This document shows, piece after piece, positions 56,560-64,000 of a DNA stretch of 64,000 bases. Within the stretch, counting starts at the first letter, position 1. Every line of letters starts with the position of its first letter. The stretch covers positions 57,288,001 through 57,352,000 of the forward strand of contig NC_086116.1 in assembly GCF_963921235.1 (NCBI RefSeq). The letters run 5' to 3'. Origin of the DNA: Mobula hypostoma (Eukaryota). The notes beneath the pieces are model-generated. The model was not told the origin of the DNA. It saw only the letters and a program-made list of their open reading frames with translations, and searched no databases. Position numbers and translations under genes: made by a program.

Positions 56560-57370
56560 GGCTGTTGCCGATCGTACAATTATTCCCCGGAATTCCCAGC
56601 CGCGGCAGAACTGGAGCGTATTTACTGCTGGAGTCCCGTCGTCAGCTGTTGGAATCCTGGCCTTATGATGTCACCAGAAAGTCCCCTATCCAGCCTATTG
56701 GCGTGGTGCATTGTGGGTTGGAATGGAGGCTGCTCCCAGGAAGTGAGAAGTCGAAGCTGGCACGGAGCTTGTGGCACATCAGGTGAGCTTGTTCCCTTCT
56801 CTGCACCGCAATATGTAGCATTTCGTTTTTAAAACGATGGCAATAGATTACTTGGAAAGAAATAACATGGATGTAACAATGTAAAGTTAAATCGAGTTGA
56901 AACATGCTTTTCCCTGGAAAAAGGAATGATGAAGTGTGTGAATACAATAGCGGCAGCGTTAATGGATAGGGACAGTAGGGTGGGACTAACTGGAAAAACT
57001 ACGGGGCATGGCGAACCATTCCGATCGCGCAGACAAAAGGGTCACGGATTAAATTTAACCTCTCCGGTTCATTTTGGAAAAGCCAGCTCATTAGCCGACA
57101 ATCCTCCCGTTGAAAAGCGGCGGAAATGCTGCTGGGTTCCCTCCCGACTGCGCCTTCTGGCGGCCTTGTGATAGACGTGTCATTGTCACGAGAGTGTCAC
57201 ATCTGGGTGGTGGCGACCAGAATTCTCTACTTTCGTTTCGCCGACATACTGCGAATAGTCGAATTGATTTTTGCATTATACCCCCACACCCCGTTATCAA
57301 AATGGTTCTACGATGTCAGAACACATCGACCAACACGGACACCCCGCACCCTGCCTGCTACCAGCACGAA
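56560..57370 (+). promoter_or_regulatory. CpG-rich promoter-like region with a probable non-coding first exon ending at 56782
   Basis: TGATGTCA at 56666-56673, ATTGG at 56697-56701, ZNF143-like TGGTGCATTGTGGG at 56704-56717, ETS CAGGAAGTG at 56737-56745, donor CAG|GTGAGC at 56783. A second CpG-rich patch lies at 57100-57370. Confidence 0.5.
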
Positions 57371-57439
57371 GTGCAGTCCCTTCGGCCCACAATTTCATGC
57401 CCACCCTTTAACCTACTCCAAGATAAATGTAACCCTCCC

Positions 57440-60400
57440 CTCTCACATAGCCCTAGATTTTTCTTTATTACACGTGTCCATCTAAGAATCTCTTAAAGTG
57501 TACCTAATGTAACTGCCTCTATCCCTGGCAATGCATTCCCCACACTCACGGCTCTCAGTATTAAACGAATCCTATCTCTGACATCCCCCTCCCCTTACTT
57601 TCCTCCATTAATCTTAAAAATATGCCCTCTTGTATTGGCCATCTCCATCCTGGGAAAAAATCTTTGGTTGCCCATTCTCTCTGCCTCTTGTCATCTCACA
57701 CACCTCTATCGTCACCTCTCATCCTCCTTTGCCTCAAAGAGAAAAGCCCTTTTCAGCCTAGCTCCGCATCCTGTCACCTGTAACAGCCTTCGACACCATC
57801 CACAACCCCACCAACCTCGGTGTCCTCTAACAACCTACCAACCCACCCTTCTACTCCCTCATCTAAGTTATTTATAAAAAACCACAAGGAGCAGGGGTCC
57901 CAGAACAGATCGCTGCAGAACACCACTCTTCACTGACCTTCAGGTAGTATATGCTCCATCTATTACTACTCCTTGCTTCTGTGGGCAAGCCGGTTCTGAA
58001 TTCCCGCAGCTAAGTTTCCTAGGGTCCTATGCCTCCTGACTTCCTGAATGAGTCTACCATGGGGAACCTTGTTGAATGCCTTACTAAAATCCATGCTCAC
58101 CACATCCACCGCTCTACCTTCTTCAGTTTGCTTTGTCGCTTCCTAGAAAAAGCCAATCAGGCTCATGAGGCATGACCTGTCCTTACAAAACTGTGCTGAC
58201 AATCCCTCATTAGTCTATGCTTCTCCAAATGCTCGAAAATCCTGTCTTTAAGAATCCGCTCCAATAGTTTGCCCACCACAGATGTAAGACTCATTGGTCT
58301 ACAATTCCCAGCATTATTTCTATCACCTTTCTTGAACAAAGGAACAACCTTTGCGACCCTCCACAAAGACCATCACCAACGTTGTTGCAGTCTCTTCCCT
58401 CACTTCCCATAGTAAACCTGGAGTATATCCCATAATGCTCCAGTGTGTTTGATCCTGATGTTCTTATTAAATTTCCGACACTTCTACTGATTTTGATTCT
58501 CTTGACAAATAGTTTCACCTCTCTTATCAACCATGGTTCCTTCTGTTGGATCTCTTCAATTTTTGATCATTAGACCATAAGATGTAGGAGCAGAATTGGG
58601 CCATTTGGCCCATTGAGTTCTGCTCCACCATTCAATCATGGCTGATCCTTTTTTTTTCTCCTCCTCAACCCCAGTTTCCAGCCTTTTCTCCGTAACCTTT
58701 GATGCCATGTCCAATCAAGAACCTATCAATCTCTGCCTTAAATACACCCAACGAGCTGGCCTCCACAGCTGCACATGGCAACAAACTCCACAAATTCACC
58801 ACCCTCTACTAAAGGAATTTCTCCACATCTCTGTTTTGAAAGGGTGCCCCTCTATCTTGAGGCCCTCTTGTCCTAGATTCTCCCACCATGGGAAAAATCC
58901 TTTCCACATCTTCTCTGTCTAGGCCTTTCAACATTTGGAAGATTTCAATGAGATCCCCCTCATCCTTCTGAATTCCAGCAAGTACAGACCCAGAGCCATC
59001 AAACGTTCTTCATGATAACCCTTTCATTCCTGGAAGCATCCTTGTGAAGCTCCTCTGAACCCTCTCCAATGCCAGCACACCTTTTCTAAAACTGTTCACA
59101 ATACTCAAGGTGAGGCCTCACCAGTGCCTTATAAAGCCTCAACATCACATCCTTGCTCTTGTATCCTAGACCACTTGAAATGAATGCTAACATTGCATTT
59201 GCCTTCCTCACCACTGATTCAACCTGCAAGTTAACCTTTCGGATGTTCTGTACAAAGACTCCCAAGACCCTTTGCATCTCAAATTTTTTGATTTTCACCC
59301 TGTTTAGAAAATAGTCTGCACATTTATTTCTACTACCAGAGTGTATGACCTTGCATTAGAGTTCTTCTAAATAAAGAGCTGAGAAATGATGCTAAGGAGG
59401 GAATTAATGCTGAGGCATTTAAGACGAAGGAATAAAAGCAAGAAAAGAGAGTGCTTCTGAAAAATTTATCACTTTTATAGGTAAGATAAAGAAAATTCCT
59501 TAGTGATAAATTAATTAATAGGCTAGATAATTTAAACAATTACATCATGTGTGTAATGTGCTAATAATTGGCCAATGAAAAAATGAGAAAGATGATAAAC
59601 CGTTAGTTTAGCTGCTATACTGCTTTCTGCCAATGAATGTGAAAAATACGAGTTGGTTTAAAAAATACAAATCTTATAAAAAGTATGAATAAATAAACAA
59701 TAGTTTCCAACATTTCAGTTGACCATCCTTTCCCTGCCGACTGGAACAAACATATCCAGAACCTGATGCAAGAATTCCCAAAACAGCTTCCACATTTCCA
59801 GTGAGAACATTTGTTCCCAATTTATGGTCCCAAGTTCCTGCCTAATTCACCCTCCCCCAATTAAATACTCTGCTATTCTGTCTGCTGCTAACCCTGTCCA
59901 AGGCTATGCTAATGGTCAGAGAGCTGTGGTCACTCTGTCCAGAAGGCTCACCCACTGAGAGGTCAGTCGGCTGAGCAGGCTCATTGCTTGCTTCCCGGCA
60001 CCACAGGCAATAGCTTTTGGCTTGCCTTTGACAATACTTTTCCCCATATCTCTTCTCGATTCTTGAAAAACCAATACGGCATGTACTGTATGGTGCAGAA
60101 AAAGACCCTTTGATCTACCGCATAAATGTCGATCATTCCATTCATCCTATTTGCTCTCATTAGGTCCGTTTCCTGTTGTGCCTTGCAAATTCAAACATTT
60201 GTCTAAATGTTTCTTAAACATAGTGATTATACCTGAGATTCAGATATTAACCACTCTGTGCAAAACAAGTTTCCCTCAAATCCCCTGTAAAACTCTTTCC
60301 TCTCAACTACACCTATGCTATCTTAATTTTGATACCCATATCATGGGAAAAAGATTCTTAATATCCACTCTATCTGTGCCTTTTTTAAAAAAAAATGTAC

Positions 60401-60510
60401 ATACCTCTCACAAATCAGCCCTCTGTGTCCTTTGCTCCAGGGAAACCCAGCCCAGCCCATCCACTTTGTCCCTGTATCCAAAGACTTCCAGTGAATCTCC
60501 TCTGTATTCT
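57440..60510 (-). mobile_element. Cluster of CR1 LINE fragments
   Basis: RPMSLTSVVGKLLERIL, LYKALVRPHLEYCEQF and CR1 3' tails. Confidence 0.8.
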
Positions 60511-60664
60511 CCTTAACCCCACTCCATCATTTAATGGACAGAATACTTCATGTGAAGTCTAATCCGTGTCTTATTGTGTCTATATCCGTGTCTATACCCA
60601 ATTTCCCTCGGGATCAATAAAGTATGTCTATCTATCTATCTATTGTTGCCATATACTGTAACAT

Positions 60665-61170
60665 CCTGATTTTTTTATTGAAGGAATGACGCAATACAGA
60701 ATATATAATGGATTACATTTTCCTCCATTTTGCTTTTATATCGTACCCCAAACAAACCTCCCCCCACCCACCCTCCCCGAACATATCATGGCAGCTAATA
60801 TATTTACAACATAACAATTCACAAATACAAGTACAGACATTTCACAACCGTACCCCCACACTACTTCAATACGACAGCTCATACACATCTGCAACATGTC
60901 AGATGATCCAAAATACACTCATATTTACAATTCATCAACCACTCTGTGAGGTAAATTATAAGCATGTTAAATGGGAGGCAACTTCCCAAGTACAATCAAA
61001 TGCCCTCAACTAGTAGGTAATTCCTTAAGACTCCCAAAATATGATAAGAAAGGTCCCCATTTCAAATAGAACTTTTTCACAGACCCCCTCAAAGTGAATT
61101 TAATCTTTTCTAATTTAAGAAAAAACATTACATCTTCTAACCAAGCAACAGCAGTTGGGGGAGATCCTGA
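60665..61170 (-). mobile_element. L1-like LINE 3' end
   Basis: TTTTTTTATTG (poly(A)/AATAAA on minus) and an AT-rich ORF2 C-terminal remnant. Confidence 0.5.
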
Positions 61171-62779
61171 TTTTTATGTTCTGTCACCCAGCCTATGAAA
61201 ACAAATGTCATATGCCTCTTTCATCACTCTATCCACCAGTGTTGCCACTTTCTGGGAACCATGGATGTGAACCTCAAGGCCTCTCTGTTCATCCACATTA
61301 CTGTGTGACCTTCCATTCACCGTACATGTACTGGCCCTGCTTGATTGCCCAACCTTGCACTTTGCAAGATTAAATTTCATTGAGCAATGCTCTACTTGAC
61401 TTTGCACTGAACAATATATCTCTGTAGCTTTGGGCAGCCTTTCTTGCTGTTTCTAACACTGTCAATTTTCATTTCATCTGCAGACTTCCTATTCACATTT
61501 CCTAAGTTCACGTCTGTAGGAGCCGCCCACATTATCCTGCGCTGTGCCTTTATTTTGGTAACTAGTCACGTGACTGGGGGCATGCTAAAAGCGAAGGGAA
61601 TAAGTTACGTATTCATGCTTGTTTCTTGGCAGTTTGTAGTTTGGCACCGTGGAGGTCACATCTTCGCTGACCACTTAATGCCATTTAATATCGCTTCAAG
61701 ATTATATGTTTGCTAATTGCTCATAAAGGAATCAAAGTAAGGAATTGGACTCTGCAGTATCATTCATTGAATCTGAGGGTGAGTCACACAAAGGTAACAG
61801 CTGCATCTGAGATCGCCGGCTGGTGGCAATTGTTTTGATTTTAGATCAATCTTGCCACAACAACAGCCGTGGATCCCAGGAGGTCATGGGTTTGTGCCTC
61901 TGGTGGACTGTGTCGTCGCAGAGGTCGCCAGAGTGAAGTTGTAAACAACATCAAACTGCCTTAGGAACTCCAGCTCCGGATTTCTTCCTCAGGGTTTACT
62001 CCCGAAGCCTTTCCCATGTTTATGGTCGCAAGGCAGCGAAGGTTTAAAATCAGAGTTTTCCTTTTCCTACAACATCTAGGTTGTCAATATATATCATAGA
62101 CAGCAAGGGTCCCTGTTGTACACCACTGATCACATTTCCCATCAGCAAAGCATCTTCCCGCCACCACCTGCTTTCTAATTTTGAATGGAATTCATTAACT
62201 CACCTTGGATCCAATGTACTTAACCTTCTGGTCCAGCTTACCACCCCAGACCATGTCTATACGGATTTTAAAAAGGCAGTTGACAATGTCTATCAATCTG
62301 CTTAGCTGTCTCCTCAAAACACTCAATCAGCTCAAGGTGACAGGATTTTCCATTCTGACTCTTGCTGATCTACCCTTGCTCGTACAAATGTACATAAATC
62401 CTGCTCCTCATAACTTTCTGCTACAAGTTCCTCACCGCTCACTCACCTCACCTATCCCTGCTGCTCTTCTAATCCCCCAGTGTGTGGCATCTCAACTGTG
62501 GTTAACAAAGATTCAGAGATCTCAATCAGGATCCCAGCTACCTCCTTCCTTGCTGCTTATGGCATCTGGTGCTGAAGAGCAAGAAAATAAAAGCTGCATT
62601 TCACTGTGTATTTTGATGTACACGTGATTATAAATAATCCAAATCTGAACGGTGCCTTGGTCCCCACGTTAAAACATCGCTTTGCTTCACAAGGTGCTAC
62701 AGTAACTGTAAAGTACTTGGGCTGGTCCTGAGGTCAAGAAAGCCTAAACAGGAAAACGAACCACAATGGCCCCTCGGCT

Positions 62780-63680
62780 ATTAGTTATATTCCTTATCCG
62801 ATCGTGTGTTGTGTTGTCTCCTGATAGTGAGGCCTCCAACTCCCTACCCCCAACTGTGGCCCACTGCTGCCCAGACAGCACTGCAGAAGAGAGCAGCAAA
62901 CGTCACCCAGAGCCCCCATGACCCAGGCCCAGTTCCGGCTTGCTACCAGCATCAGGCAGGAGGTACAGGAGCCGAACGTCCCACAGCACCAGGTTCAGGA
63001 ACGGTTATTACCCTTCAAGCGTCAGGCACCTGAACCAGCGTGGATAACCTCACCCAGCTCAGCTCTGAACTGACTCCACAACCTACGGACTCACTTTCAG
63101 GGGGTCTACAACTCATGTTCTCAGTAATATTTATTCACTTACTCTTAATTTACACAATTTATCTCCTTTTGTGCATTGGTTATTTGCCAGTCTTTGAGTG
63201 TAGTTTTTCATCGTTTCTATTGTACTTCTCTGTTCTACTGTGAATGCCTGCAAGAAAATGAATCTGAAGTTGACACAGAAACATAGAAACCCTAAAGCAC
63301 AATACAGGCCCTTCGGCCCACAATGCTGTGCCGAACATCTCCCTACCTGAGAACTACCTAGGCTCTACCCATAGCCCTCTATTTTTCTAAGCTTCATGTC
63401 GCCATCCAGGAGTCTCTTAAAAGACCCTATCATTTCCGCCTCCACACACTCGCCACTCTCTGCGTAAAAAAACGTACCCCTGACATCTCCTCTTTACCTA
63501 CTTCCCAGCACCTTAAAACTATGCCCTTTCGTACTAGCCATTTCAGCCCTGGGGAAAAGCCTCTGACTATCCACACGATCAATGCCTCTCATCATCTTAT
63601 ACACCTCTATCAGGTCACCTCTCATCCTCCGTCGCTTCAAGGAGAAAAGGCCGAGTTCACTCAACCTATTCTCATAAATG
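62780..63680. mobile_element. Rex1 3' end (+) followed by a CR1 3' end (-)
   Basis: Rex1-type terminal sequence at about 62870-63270; ELGLFSLKRRRMRGDLIEVYK on the minus strand. Confidence 0.75.
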
Positions 63681-63731
63681 TGCCTTGCTGATAATTTTAC
63701 TTTGACTTTCTGTGCGTCTCGCTTGGAGTAG

Positions 63732-63931
63732 GAGAGCTTTGTGTCATAGTTCAAAGGGCAAACTTTTCTTGTTTTGGCACCTGCTGCAGGCAGAACCAGT
63801 GTCAGATGGCAGGAATGGAAGCTGTGCCACAGTGCGATGTACCCATTGTCATCCTTCAGAACAGGATCAAAGCTGCGACAGATCTGGAGCAGAAGGAAAA
63901 GCTGCAGAAAGACCTGGACCATCTCCTCAAG
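63732..63931 (+). pseudogene. Legumain (peptidase C13)-like exon, activation-peptide region, apparently disrupted
   Basis: The 3' part reads MEAVPQCDVPIVILQNRIKAATDLEQKEKLQKDLDHLLK|GTAACA, resembling legumain [37 protein letters not shown] (recalled). The 5' part ESFVS*FKG resembles the QFQG motif but has a stop and is frameshifted. Not confirmed by search. Confidence 0.55.
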
Positions 63932-64000
63932 GTAACAGGGCGGGCTTGTTTCCCCCACTCTGGCTCACACAAGAGACTTCCTCACTTATCAGGAACTGGC

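Noticed and set aside
61720-61800. Possible upstream legumain exon (LQYHSL...SHT)
   Set aside because: The resemblance is limited to a few residues, and spacing and splice sites do not fit.

Overview
This is vertebrate genomic DNA, most likely from a cartilaginous fish (inferred from the CR1/Penelope/Rex1/V-SINE repeat mix and the B7-like IgV and NLR sequences). Most of the window is decayed transposons, and there is one 209-N assembly gap. The main result is a + strand, 8-exon gene model built by hand from GT-AG sites and intron phases: 18679-18739, 20059-20406, 23598-23744, 29443-29472, 34129-35839, 38500-38586, 38682-38849 and 43673-44054. The exons join into one open frame of 2934 nt (977 aa) with the order signal peptide, B7/butyrophilin-like IgV, stalk, transmembrane helix, linker, NACHT NTPase, about 6 RI-type LRRs and a helical C-terminal tail. 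This predicts a type I transmembrane NLR with an extracellular Ig domain in place of CARD/PYD. The splicing is predicted from sequence only and needs transcript evidence. Other contents: a Sleeping-Beauty-like Tc1 element with about 430-bp extended inverted repeats; Penelope-associated minimal hammerhead ribozyme motifs; a four-level transposon nest; two solo LTRs, one interrupted by an L1 just after the NLR stop codon; an ERV env remnant; a promoter-like CpG-rich region; and a legumain-like exon at the right edge. Repeat boundaries are approximate unless a TSD or TIR is quoted.
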